Positions 49,414 to 59,000 of a stretch of DNA of 64,000 bases are shown piece by piece. Where the stretch lies: positions 1-64,000 of the IMG/VR virus record IMGVR_UViG_3300033571_022960; one strand, written 5' to 3'. A model generated the notes under the pieces. The model saw nothing but the letters and a program-made list of their open reading frames with translations, searched no databases and was not told the origin of the DNA. Numbering within the stretch: position 1 is the first letter of the stretch; each line of letters starts with the position of its first letter. Source of the stretch: a virus. Made by a program: the position numbers and the translations under genes.

Positions 49414-50247
49414 ATGAGTAACAAAGTATTAGATGCGATTTTAAATCAGTACGAGAACGCAAAAACACCAGAAAAGAAAAACACAGTAGATTTAACAAAG
49501 TATTTTTCAGCAACATTACGTGAAGGACAAAAAACAGGTCAAAAAAGATTCAGAATTATTCCAACCAAAGATGGTTCACCTTTTCAAGAAGTTTATTTCC
49601 ATGAGATTCAAGTTAAAGGAAAATGGAGAAAATTTTATTGTTTAAATCACAATGATGGTGAAGATTGCCCTCTTTGTGAAGTTGAACAAAAATTAAGAGG
49701 TGGTGATGAATTAGATAAGAAAATTTCTAAAACATATAAACCAAGAAAATTTTATGTAGTTAAAGGTATTGACCGTGATAACGAAGGTGAAGGGGTTAAA
49801 TTCTGGAGATTTAAACATAACTATAAAGGTGAAGGTATTTTTGATAAAATTTTCCCTTTATTTACAAACTACGGAGATATTACAGATATTAAAGAAGGTA
49901 GAGATTTGATTATATCTTTAGGTCGTGATGATAAAGGTTATACTAAAGTTAATACCATTATGGTTACAGATAAATCACCTATATCTAACGCAGAAAATGC
50001 AAAGGCATGGTTAACTGACCCAATTAAATGGCAAGATGTATATTCTAAAAAACCTTATGAATATCTTGAAATAATTGCAAAAGATGAAGAACCTGTATGG
50101 AATGAAGAATTGCAGAAGTTCGTTGCAAAAGAAGAAAATTGGAAACCTGAAAATTCTAATAAACCCACAAAACAAGATTTTTCTTCTTCTGAATTAGAAT
50201 TGGGTGGTTTAGATGACTTGGATTCATTAAATGACCTCCCTTTTTAA
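49414..50247 (+). CDS. Single-stranded DNA-binding protein (T4 gp32-like)
   Basis: FRIIP...PFQEVYFH, C..H...CPLC Zn site, VKFWRF, GRDLII, acidic tail ending DLPF. Confidence 0.88.
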   Translation: MSNKVLDAILNQYENAKTPEKKNTVDLTKYFSATLREGQKTGQKRFRIIPTKDGSPFQEVYFHEIQVKGKWRKFYCLNHNDGEDCPLCEVEQKLRGGDELDKKISKTYKPRKFYVVKGIDRDNEGEGVKFWRFKHNYKGEGIFDKIFPLFTNYGDITDIKEGRDLIISLGRDDKGYTKVNTIMVTDKSPISNAENAKAWLTDPIKWQDVYSKKPYEYLEIIAKDEEPVWNEELQKFVAKEENWKPENSNKPTKQDFSSSELELGGLDDLDSLNDLPF

Positions 50248-50270
50248 TTTTAAATAAAATATAGTGGGCA

Positions 50271-50422
50271 AAAAGTAAAGGTGATAATATAAGAGAAAGA
50301 GTCTTTTTGACCTTTGAGTTCTTTTTTGATAATACATTTGATTTTGTTGGAGTTGTTGTAGTGATACATAATTCCAGAATGTAGTGAACGAAATTTTTAT
50401 TATATTATCACTTTTACCTTTT
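50271..50422 (+). ncRNA. Candidate structured intergenic RNA
   Basis: About 17 bp closing stem (50275-50291 with 50401-50417) around ~110 nt with no ORF. Confidence 0.3.
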
Positions 50423-50443
50423 TTTAAAAAATAAATAAAAAAT

Positions 50444-50617
50444 ATGAAAGATAAAATTTTAATAGGTTTACTAAGTGAACTTGTTCTTAAAAATAGAAAT
50501 GAAGAAGAACAAGATATTGAATTCTTTAGAATATGTAATGAATGGAAAGATAAAGGTTATTACGTACAATCTGGAGAAGGTACTAAAATAGATGAACTTT
50601 GGGCAGTTAAAAAATAA
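50444..50617 (+). CDS. Small hypothetical protein (not in the ORF track)
   Basis: 57 aa MKDKILIGLLSELVLK..., A-rich start context. Confidence 0.55.
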   Translation: MKDKILIGLLSELVLKNRNEEEQDIEFFRICNEWKDKGYYVQSGEGTKIDELWAVKK

Positions 50618-50678
50618 CAACGTGAGTTTAATAGACATTAAATTTAATCAAAAACAAATGATTGAAAACAATAAAATT

Positions 50679-51671
50679 ATGGCAAAAAGTAAAACATTAG
50701 ATAAAAAACAATTTGATTTTAATTCCTTAAAGGAAAAATTCTCTTCTAAGGCGAAATTTAAACCTGATAGGTATTTAAATTGTGGTGAGGCATTTTATAA
50801 ATCCTGTGGTGTTCCCGGACCTGCAGTTAATGCGATTAATATGTTCTTGGGTCACAGTAATACTTCTAAAACAACTGCGTTGGTACTTGCGGCAGTGGAT
50901 GCTCAGAAACAAGGAATGTTACCTGTATTTTTAATAACAGAAAACAAGTGGTCGTTTCCACATGCGAAGGAATTGGGTTTAGATTGCAACCAAAATGAAG
51001 ATGGGGAATGGGATGGGTTTTTCTTATTTAGAAATGACTTTGATTATATTGAGCAGATTACAGATTACATTAATAGTTTGATTGATGCTCAAGAAAAAGG
51101 GGATTTACCTTACTCTTTGGTTTTCTTTTGGGATTCAGTAGGTTCTATACCTTCTCAAATGACTTTTGAAGGGAGGGGTTCAATAATGAAAAATGCACAA
51201 GTATTGGCAGAAAAAGTTGGAATGGGAATTCACGGAAGGATTACCAAAACTAAAAGATTTGATTCACTTTATGATAATACAATGGTTATAATTAATCAAG
51301 CCTGGGTGCAGATGCCTGATAATCCATTCAGTCAAGCTACAATTAAGGCTAAAGGTGGTGAGGCATTGTGGTTAGCAAGTTCCTTAATTTTTCTATTCGG
51401 TAATCAAAAAAGTGCAGGTGTTAGTTATATAACTGCAACTAAAGGTGGAAGAACTGTATCTTATGCGACAAGAACAAAAATAACAGTTTTAAAAAATCAT
51501 ATTACAGGTTTAGGTTATAAAGATTCAAAAATATTAGCAACACCTCATGGTTTTATATTAGATAGTAAAGAAGAAGTAGAAAAATATAAAAAAGAATATT
51601 CTCAATACTGGAACGGAATTTTAGAAGGTTCAGGGGAAATAGTTTATGGTGAAGAAGAAGGTGAAGATTAA
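50679..51671 (+). CDS. recA: RecA/UvsX recombinase
   Basis: FLGHSNTSKT P-loop variant, FFWDSVGS, VIINQ, KAKGGEAL; ATG at 50679. Confidence 0.9.
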   Translation: MAKSKTLDKKQFDFNSLKEKFSSKAKFKPDRYLNCGEAFYKSCGVPGPAVNAINMFLGHSNTSKTTALVLAAVDAQKQGMLPVFLITENKWSFPHAKELGLDCNQNEDGEWDGFFLFRNDFDYIEQITDYINSLIDAQEKGDLPYSLVFFWDSVGSIPSQMTFEGRGSIMKNAQVLAEKVGMGIHGRITKTKRFDSLYDNTMVIINQAWVQMPDNPFSQATIKAKGGEALWLASSLIFLFGNQKSAGVSYITATKGGRTVSYATRTKITVLKNHITGLGYKDSKILATPHGFILDSKEEVEKYKKEYSQYWNGILEGSGEIVYGEEEGED

Positions 51672-51674
51672 TTT

Positions 51675-51779
51675 ATGTGTAAAAAAGTTTGTTCTAAATG
51701 TGGTGAAGAAAAACCTTTAGAAGAATTTAATAACAATAAAGGTAAAAAATATAATAAATCAAGTCAATGTAAAAATTAA
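51675..51779 (+). pseudogene. Remnant of an HNH/EndoVII-type homing endonuclease N-terminus
   Basis: 34 aa KVCSKCGEEKPLEEF...SSQCK then stop. Confidence 0.55.
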
Positions 51780-51797
51780 AAAAGGAAATAAAATTTT

Positions 51798-52346
51798 ATG
51801 AAAAAATATTTATATATTCAAAATAGGCAATCAGGTAAAACTACTTTAGGATTATACGAACATCTTAAAAATCCAGAAAAATCTTTATTTATTTTATTAA
51901 AAAATGAAATGTGTGATAATATTATTAGACAACATAACCTTTCTTTAATTGAAAGAAAGAATATTATATCAATTGATAGATTTCCGTATTTTATATGTGG
52001 TAAAGAATTTAATAAAATAATTATAGATGAATACTTCTTTTTTAATTTAGAACAAAGAAAAAGTTTATACTCTGTATTTCCAAATCTATCAGATAATAGT
52101 GAAATTTATTTATTCTCAACCCCAAATAAAGTTTATTCTGTTTCAGATATAGAAAGAATAAAAGAAATGAAAGAAAATAAAGAAAAACCAAATTCAGATG
52201 ATGAAGATTTGTATTATAATTTTTTAACTGATTCAGATGTTATTATATACCATAATAAATTTTACAATAAAAACATTTATAATCAATCTTTTTTATTATC
52301 CGATAATCGAATTGAAACAGAAATAAAAGGTAATTATGTAAATTAA
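51798..52346 (+). CDS. Small P-loop protein resembling a terminase ATPase fragment
   Basis: NRQSGKTT Walker A, IIIDE Walker B, FSTP. Confidence 0.55.
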   Translation: MKKYLYIQNRQSGKTTLGLYEHLKNPEKSLFILLKNEMCDNIIRQHNLSLIERKNIISIDRFPYFICGKEFNKIIIDEYFFFNLEQRKSLYSVFPNLSDNSEIYLFSTPNKVYSVSDIERIKEMKENKEKPNSDDEDLYYNFLTDSDVIIYHNKFYNKNIYNQSFLLSDNRIETEIKGNYVN

Positions 52347-52358
52347 AATAAAAAAAAT

Positions 52359-52802
52359 ATGAATAACGAAAACAATAATATAGAAATATTGCAAATACCA
52401 AATCATAACTACGAACCTCAAATGTCTAATAGATTTATAATTGAATTCCCTGAAAATTTTGAATCTTTATCATATTCTGTACATTCTTTTAATAGAGGTG
52501 GTAAATTTGGTGGTACGTGGGATTTTATGTCAATAACTTTTAACAATATAATTCACCCATCAACAACAATACTCATTAATGATTTATTAAATCAAGATAA
52601 TTTTAATTTAAAATTAAAGGTATTAGACCCAACAGGTTTAGTAGTTGAAACTTGGTTAATAAGAGTAGAATCACAAACTCTAAGTGTTAGTTATGGGACA
52701 GTTTCTTATGATGATAATGGTATAATAAAAACATGTATTAGTTTTAGACCTTCAAACATAATTTTTAATCCAAATCTAAATGAAATTAACCAAAACCCTT
52801 AA
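52359..52802 (+). CDS. Tail tube protein paralogue (T4 gp19-like)
   Basis: YEPQMSNRFIIEFP...LKLKVLDPTGLVVETW...YGTVSYDD. Confidence 0.75.
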   Translation: MNNENNNIEILQIPNHNYEPQMSNRFIIEFPENFESLSYSVHSFNRGGKFGGTWDFMSITFNNIIHPSTTILINDLLNQDNFNLKLKVLDPTGLVVETWLIRVESQTLSVSYGTVSYDDNGIIKTCISFRPSNIIFNPNLNEINQNP

Positions 52803-52910
52803 CAACATAAAACTAACAAATAAAGGAATATTTTTTAACAATGGATTGTTTATTTTAAATTATAAACTATTTAAAATACTTAAAAAAACAATACCAAAAC
52901 AATACTTACA

Positions 52911-53912
52911 ATGCTCAGAACTTTAGTAATAGATGGTAATTCTCTACTAAAAACTTCTTATCACGGAATTAAAAATCTTTATTGGAAAGATATTCATATT
53001 GGTGGAATGTGTGGATTTATGCGAATCACGCAAAAACTAATAAAAGAAAATTATATCAATCGAGTAATTATATTTTGGGATTCTCCCCAAAGTGGTAAAT
53101 TAAAATCAGATTTATATCCACTTTATAAGATAACAAGAAATAATAGATTTATTAAAAACCCAAATGAAAAAGAAGAAATTTGGTTACAAAAAGAAAGATT
53201 AAAACAATATTTTGAAGAACTTTATTGGAGACATTATGAAGATGTTTATGCAGAATCAGATGACTGTATAGGTCATTATTGTACAAACCTAAGAAGTAAT
53301 AATGAAACAATAATTATTGTATCAGGTGATAAAGATTGTTTTCAATTAATTGATGATAAAGTTTCACTTTACTTTTTACCAAAAAAACTTATAATTACCA
53401 AAAATAACTATAAACATTATTTAAATTATCATTATAAAAATTCTTTCTTGGTTAAAGTAATTGAAGGTTGTCAATCTGATTGTATATCTGGTATTCAAGG
53501 TATTGGTGAAAAAACCCTTATAGACCTATTTCCTGAACTCATTAAAGAAGAAAAATCTTTTGATTGGATAATGGAACGTTCAAAAGAATTAATCAAAGAA
53601 AAGGGGTTAAAATCACTTCAAAATATAATTGATGGTAAAACCAAAAATGATGAATTTTGTGGTGAAAAATTTTGGGAAACAAACAAAAAAATAATTAATT
53701 TGCGTAATCCTTTAATTTTGGATGAAACAAAAGAAAATGTTGAAACAATTACCAAAACACCTATTAACCCTGATGGTAGGGATATAAAGAATTTTTTAAA
53801 GTTAATTAATGAAGATGGATTTATTAATTGCATAAATCAAGAATATACAGAATTTATTAAACCCTTTTTAAATATAATAAAAAATGAACAAAATTATGGA
53901 AAACAAAATTAA
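52911..53912 (+). CDS. 5'-3' exonuclease/RNase H (T4 Rnh, PolI N-domain)
   Basis: LVIDGNSLL, ESDDCIG, SGDKD, SDCISGIQGIGEKT. Confidence 0.9.
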   Translation: MLRTLVIDGNSLLKTSYHGIKNLYWKDIHIGGMCGFMRITQKLIKENYINRVIIFWDSPQSGKLKSDLYPLYKITRNNRFIKNPNEKEEIWLQKERLKQYFEELYWRHYEDVYAESDDCIGHYCTNLRSNNETIIIVSGDKDCFQLIDDKVSLYFLPKKLIITKNNYKHYLNYHYKNSFLVKVIEGCQSDCISGIQGIGEKTLIDLFPELIKEEKSFDWIMERSKELIKEKGLKSLQNIIDGKTKNDEFCGEKFWETNKKIINLRNPLILDETKENVETITKTPINPDGRDIKNFLKLINEDGFINCINQEYTEFIKPFLNIIKNEQNYGKQN

Positions 53913-54420
53913 AAAACCAAAATTTTCTTTGGTTCTAAGAACTGGAGAAGGTATTATTATTGAAAGATTTTTCAATGTAAGAAATTTTAACCCTGAAACA
54001 ATTCATTCACTTGATTTAACTTTCACATGTGATTGGATAAAAGATTCAATTCTTTATCACTTAAAAAAAGAATCAATGAAATTTATGTGGTCAAACTATA
54101 ATGAATATGCAGAACCAAATTTAAATAATAAAGTTGAAATAAAACAAGAAAGAAAGTTTTATTTGGAATTAAAATATGGTAGAACTCTTATAAATATAAG
54201 GGAATTGGATGTAACACTTTTTCCAAAAGAAACTCTTGAAAATGTATTTCTAAAAGATGAATTCCCAAAATACATACAAGAATTAAATGATGTTCTTGCA
54301 ATTGAAAATAAACAATTAACAAGAAAATATTTAAACCAAAAATTGTATGATATTCCAAGTCATATCAAAACTGATTATAGAAAAATTAAAACAACTGTAA
54401 ATAACTTTAAAAATGAATAA
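53884..54420 (+). CDS. Hypothetical protein
   Basis: 178 aa; alternative start at 53896. Confidence 0.7.
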   Translation: MNKIMENKIKKPKFSLVLRTGEGIIIERFFNVRNFNPETIHSLDLTFTCDWIKDSILYHLKKESMKFMWSNYNEYAEPNLNNKVEIKQERKFYLELKYGRTLINIRELDVTLFPKETLENVFLKDEFPKYIQELNDVLAIENKQLTRKYLNQKLYDIPSHIKTDYRKIKTTVNNFKNE

Positions 54421-54637
54421 AGAAAAAACTATAAAATTTATTTGTTTTTTACTTTTTACACCTGTTTATTTATGGTTTATTTTTGGTTTATTCTTATATG
54501 GAATTTTACTACCAATACCACAAGTTTTAGTGGATAAATTTTTGGAAAAAAGAGGTAAAAAATATTCATTCCAAAGATTTTTTAAAAGTTATGTATCAAA
54601 TATTAGTGGATTATTTAAATCAATTTTTAGGGTATGA
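54413..54637 (+). CDS. Small membrane protein
   Basis: Hydrophobic stretch FICFLLFTPVYLWFIFGLFLYGILLPI. Confidence 0.6.
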   Translation: MNKEKTIKFICFLLFTPVYLWFIFGLFLYGILLPIPQVLVDKFLEKRGKKYSFQRFFKSYVSNISGLFKSIFRV

Positions 54638-54867
54638 TTAAAAAAGAATTAAAGAAAAAGATAGAAGAAGAAGTACTATTTAGGGAGTTAAATAGTGATG
54701 AAATCTTAATTATTGATTCATGTTCTGACATTATAAAACGTTATGTTAATGATATTAATGATTTGGAAAGAGAAATTTATGGTCTAAATGTTAGACTAAA
54801 AAATAAAAATATTGAAATAGAAAGTTTAAAACAAGAATTAAAAGATGAAAGAAATAAAAGGCAGTAA
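54634..54867 (+). CDS. Small coiled-coil protein
   Basis: 77 aa, heptad pattern. Confidence 0.6.
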   Translation: MIKKELKKKIEEEVLFRELNSDEILIIDSCSDIIKRYVNDINDLEREIYGLNVRLKNKNIEIESLKQELKDERNKRQ

Positions 54868-55441
54868 TAGTCTTTACAAAACATTGGGTGCAAGTAATCA
54901 TACAGATAAAGAAAGGGAACAAAACGATTTTTATGCAACAGACCCTAAGGCAGCAAAATTATTATTGGAAATAGAAGAATTCTCCAATAATATATGGGAG
55001 TGTAGTTGCGGAATGGGTCATTTAAGTAAGGTATTTGAAGAAAATGGTTTTAATGTTAAAAGCACTGATTTAATTGATAGGGGTTATGGTGAAACTGGAA
55101 TTGATTTTTTAAAATATGAAGGTGGTTATCATGGGGATATAATTACAAATCCACCTTATAATTTGGCAGAAGAATTTATAAGAAAAGGTTTGGAAATAAT
55201 ACCAAATGGAAATAAAGTTGCAATGTTCTTAAAAGTTCAATTTTTGGAAGGAAAAGGAAGGAAAAAACTTTTTCAAGAATTTCCACCAAAAACAGTTCAT
55301 GTTTCAAGTTCAAGAATATTATGTGCAAAAAACGCAGAATTTGAAAAAATGATTGCAGGTGGTGGTAGTGCAGTTGCGTATGCATGGTATGTATGGGAAA
55401 AAGGTTATAATGGTGTAACACAATTAAAATGGTTCAACTAA
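54845..55441 (+). CDS. DNA N6-adenine methyltransferase
   Basis: DFYATDP, IWECSCGMG (SAM), IITNPPY (catalytic). Confidence 0.85.
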   Translation: MKEIKGSNSLYKTLGASNHTDKEREQNDFYATDPKAAKLLLEIEEFSNNIWECSCGMGHLSKVFEENGFNVKSTDLIDRGYGETGIDFLKYEGGYHGDIITNPPYNLAEEFIRKGLEIIPNGNKVAMFLKVQFLEGKGRKKLFQEFPPKTVHVSSSRILCAKNAEFEKMIAGGGSAVAYAWYVWEKGYNGVTQLKWFN

Positions 55442-55668
55442 TGGATTATATAATAAAATATTGGGAAACAGAAGAAATGAGAGATATGGGTATATCAGAA
55501 ATTTTTTCTATTGAGAAAGATTTAAATGAAACGATTAATAAAGTTAATAAACTTTTTAATGATGAAAATTTTAGTTGTATTGAGATAGAAAATGAAAATG
55601 GTGATACTTTATATCACTTATCAAATGACAATATAAAAGGGGAATTTTATGAAATACATGGGAAGTAA
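55441..55668 (+). CDS. Hypothetical protein
   Basis: ATG shares a base with the upstream stop. Confidence 0.6.
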   Translation: MDYIIKYWETEEMRDMGISEIFSIEKDLNETINKVNKLFNDENFSCIEIENENGDTLYHLSNDNIKGEFYEIHGK

Positions 55669-56359
55669 ATTAAGGTTTGCAAAAGATTTGTTACCTATAA
55701 TTTTAAAAAATAGAAAAGAAAATCAATATTATGTAGAACCTTTTGTTGGTGGTTGTAATATGATTGATAAAGTTTATGGAAAACGTATTGGTTGCGATAA
55801 TAATAAATATTTAATTGCACTTTGGAAAGGTTTACAACAAGAAAGAGAATTAATACTGGATATTCCAAAAGAACTTTATGATAAGGCAAGAAATCAATAT
55901 AATGAAAGGGAAAATCATGGATTTGATGATTTTACAATAGGATGGATTGGTTTTATGGGTTCTTTTAATGGTAGATTCTATGGTGGTGGTTATTCTGGTA
56001 AACATGGTGGTAGAGATTATCCACAAGAACAAATCAAAAATACTTTAAAACAAAAAGATAAAATAAAGGATATTGATTTTTATTGTTGTGAATATTATGA
56101 ATTACAAATACCTGAAAATAGTATTATATATTGTGATATTCCATATCAAGGAACAAAAGAATATGACAATAAAAATAAATTTAATCATGATAAATTTTGG
56201 GATTGGTGTAGGGAAGTTTCACTTTATAATGAAGTTTTTGTTTCTGAATATAATGCACCAAATGATTTTGAATGTATATGGGAAAAACAAGTAAATGTAT
56301 CAATTAGACCTAATAAAACATTAAATCAAACAGAAAAACTTTTTAAACTAAAAAAATAA
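55649..56359 (+). CDS. dam: Dam-family (D12) DNA adenine methyltransferase
   Basis: KYMGSK, YVEPFVGG, IIYCDIPY. Confidence 0.85.
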   Translation: MKYMGSKLRFAKDLLPIILKNRKENQYYVEPFVGGCNMIDKVYGKRIGCDNNKYLIALWKGLQQERELILDIPKELYDKARNQYNERENHGFDDFTIGWIGFMGSFNGRFYGGGYSGKHGGRDYPQEQIKNTLKQKDKIKDIDFYCCEYYELQIPENSIIYCDIPYQGTKEYDNKNKFNHDKFWDWCREVSLYNEVFVSEYNAPNDFECIWEKQVNVSIRPNKTLNQTEKLFKLKK

Positions 56360-56365
56360 TATAAA

Positions 56366-57751
56366 ATGAAAGAAAATAAAGATTTGGGTTATCTTGGAAC
56401 AAACTTCCAAATAAGATTAATTAATCAAATATTAAGGGATAAGAATTTTGGTGAATCAATAATAACTTATTTACAACCAGGTTATTTTGATAATCAATAT
56501 TTTAGACTTATAATTGCAAACATAAAGAATTACTTTCAAAAGTATGGTGCAACACCTGGACTGAATACTTGTGAAGAATTTATTAGGGCAAATGTTTCTG
56601 ATGATGGTACGATAAAATATGTAGATGATATTTTCAGAGAAATTAAAAATCAAAATGATGAAGATTTTCAATGGATTCAACAACAATCAATAAAATTTTG
56701 TCGTCAACAAGAAATTAAAAAGGCAATAACTGAAATCAGTTCAGTTATTAAAGGTGGTGATGAAAGTAAATATGATAAAATTGAAGATATTTTTAAGAAG
56801 GCATTAGACGTTGGTTCTGATAAAGAAGAGGGTATTGAGGTATTTCATTCTTATGATGAAGTATTGAGAGATGATTATAGAGAACCAATTCCTACTGGAA
56901 TAAGTGGACTTGATGATAATATGGGTGGTGGTCTTGGTAGAGGAGAATTGGGTTTATTTATTGCTAGTCTCGGAACAGGAAAAAGTTCTTACTTAACAAA
57001 AGTTGCAAATACTGCATATAATGAAGGTAAAAATGTTGTACAAATTATATTTGAGGATAATCCAAAGGCAATACAAAGAAAACATTATGCATGTTGGACT
57101 GGAATTGAATTAAACGAATTGGGTAGGAATAAGGAAAAGGTAATTGAAAAATTAATGGAATTCAAAGATAAGAAAAATAAACTTATAATTAAGAAATTTC
57201 CTTCTTATGGTGTATCAACTAGTACAATTAAAAAATACTTAAAAAATTTAGTTAAAAAAGGTATTAAACCTGATATGGTCATCATTGATTATGTTGAATG
57301 TTTAGTGGGTGAAAATCAAGGTGGTGAGGAATGGCAAGGTGAGGGTAGAATAATGAGACAAATTGAATCTATGTCTAATGAAATGAATTTTGCATGTTGG
57401 GTTGCATCTCAAGGTGGTAGAAGTTCAATTTCTTCTGATGTTGTCACAGTTGATAAAATGAGTGGTAATATTAAAAAGGCACAAATTGGTCACTTTATTG
57501 TGTCAGTTGCAAAATCCTTAAAACAAAAAGAATTAGGTTTGGGTACTATGGCAATTCTTAAATCTCGTTTTGGTCGTGATGGTTTAATTTTTAAAGATTG
57601 TGTTTTCGATAATGGTAGAATGATTATTGATACAACTGATTGTGTTTCCTTTATGGAATTTGAGGAAGAAGAAAAAGAAAACCTTAATGAAATAAGAGTA
57701 AACCGAGCAAAACAAATTTTGCAACAGAAAAAACAATTAGAAACAGTTTAA
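56366..57751 (+). CDS. dnaB: Replicative helicase (DnaB/T4 gp41-like)
   Basis: GLGRGELGLFIASLGTGKS, VIIDY, ASQGGR, ILKSRFG. Confidence 0.92.
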   Translation: MKENKDLGYLGTNFQIRLINQILRDKNFGESIITYLQPGYFDNQYFRLIIANIKNYFQKYGATPGLNTCEEFIRANVSDDGTIKYVDDIFREIKNQNDEDFQWIQQQSIKFCRQQEIKKAITEISSVIKGGDESKYDKIEDIFKKALDVGSDKEEGIEVFHSYDEVLRDDYREPIPTGISGLDDNMGGGLGRGELGLFIASLGTGKSSYLTKVANTAYNEGKNVVQIIFEDNPKAIQRKHYACWTGIELNELGRNKEKVIEKLMEFKDKKNKLIIKKFPSYGVSTSTIKKYLKNLVKKGIKPDMVIIDYVECLVGENQGGEEWQGEGRIMRQIESMSNEMNFACWVASQGGRSSISSDVVTVDKMSGNIKKAQIGHFIVSVAKSLKQKELGLGTMAILKSRFGRDGLIFKDCVFDNGRMIIDTTDCVSFMEFEEEEKENLNEIRVNRAKQILQQKKQLETV

Positions 57752-57781
57752 TTTTCTTAAAAATCAACTATATTTTTGATT

Positions 57782-58027
57782 ATGACATTAGAAAAAACAT
57801 TAGAAAATATAAAAAAAACAAATAAAGGACACTTTAATACTGAAATTAAATTAGTTCAGGGTTCAGATTCAAAATACCATTTTTATAATACTGATATTGA
57901 ATATCAAGAGTTATTTATTAATGATGTTTATAAGAATTATTTAAATTGTATTTTAAACTATAACTCTTTAGAAAGAAAATATTATCTTACCAAAGATAAT
58001 GGTATTTTACTTTTCAGACCATTTTAA
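57782..58027 (+). CDS. Hypothetical protein, MTLEKT-leader family
   Basis: MTLEKTLENIKKTNKGHFN. Confidence 0.6.
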   Translation: MTLEKTLENIKKTNKGHFNTEIKLVQGSDSKYHFYNTDIEYQELFINDVYKNYLNCILNYNSLERKYYLTKDNGILLFRPF

Positions 58028-58028
58028 T

Positions 58029-58259
58029 ATGATTAAAGGAAATGTAATAAAAGAAAATGATAAACTTCTTATTGAATATAAGAAAGATTTATTTGATGGA
58101 ATATTTTTTTATTATGATTATTATACAAAAAAAATTGAAATTAAAGAAAATAATATTGATTTAAAAGAAGGGGATAAGGTTTTATTTGAAATTGAAACCA
58201 TTTCTGATGGAACTTTCCTTATAGATAAGGATATTGCAAAAATAATTACTAAAATTTAA
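58029..58259 (+). CDS. Hypothetical protein
   Basis: ATG at 58029 follows the upstream stop. Confidence 0.55.
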   Translation: MIKGNVIKENDKLLIEYKKDLFDGIFFYYDYYTKKIEIKENNIDLKEGDKVLFEIETISDGTFLIDKDIAKIITKI

Positions 58260-58264
58260 AAATT

Positions 58265-58984
58265 ATGAATTTTAAAGAATACTTAGAACAAAGTGAAAAA
58301 ACAATTTCAAATCAATTTAACATTGATACTGAAAGAGAACAAAAAGTTTTACATGCAATAATTGGTATGTTAACAGAAGTTGAAGAAATAATGGATTCAA
58401 AAGATATTGTTAACTTAAAAGAAGAAATATCAGATATTTTTTGGTATTCTGCAATTATATATAGGGAATATGAAATTGATTTTACTTATGAGTATGTTAA
58501 AACAGAAAAAAATATTATAGAGTTCTTAAAAAGAAATATTACACTTCTTGATATGTTTAAGAAAAAAATATTTTATAATAAAGAAATTGATTCAGTAAAA
58601 TTTGTTTCTTTATTCAAAGAAACAATGAATTATATAATTTCTTTATGTGCAGATAATAACTTTGATATAGAAGAAATTTTTGAATTAAATATTCAAAAAT
58701 TAAAGAAAAGATATGGAAATAAATTCAGTTCAGAAAGTGCAATAAATAGGGATTTAGAAGGTGAAAGAAAAGTCATGGAAGAAAATGAAATTATATTACA
58801 AGTTATAGAATTAACTGAATATGGTGTATCAGTATTTAACGAAATTGATAAATTTGAATTATGGATGAAAAAACCTAACAAAGAGTTAAATAATGATATA
58901 CCTGAAAATTATTTAAATTCAATAGAAGGAATTGAAAAAATAAAAAATTTATTAAACAAAATAGAACACGGAATTTTTATTTAA
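58265..58984 (+). CDS. mazG: MazG-like NTP pyrophosphatase fused to an Xre/MbcA/ParS C-terminal (DUF2384-like) domain
   Basis: GMLTEVEE...EEISDIFWY...NIQKLKKRY; C-terminal GVSVFNEIDKFELWMKKPNKELNNDIP...GIEKIKNLLNKIEHGIF. Confidence 0.8.
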   Translation: MNFKEYLEQSEKTISNQFNIDTEREQKVLHAIIGMLTEVEEIMDSKDIVNLKEEISDIFWYSAIIYREYEIDFTYEYVKTEKNIIEFLKRNITLLDMFKKKIFYNKEIDSVKFVSLFKETMNYIISLCADNNFDIEEIFELNIQKLKKRYGNKFSSESAINRDLEGERKVMEENEIILQVIELTEYGVSVFNEIDKFELWMKKPNKELNNDIPENYLNSIEGIEKIKNLLNKIEHGIFI

Positions 58985-59000
58985 AAAAAAAACATAAATC

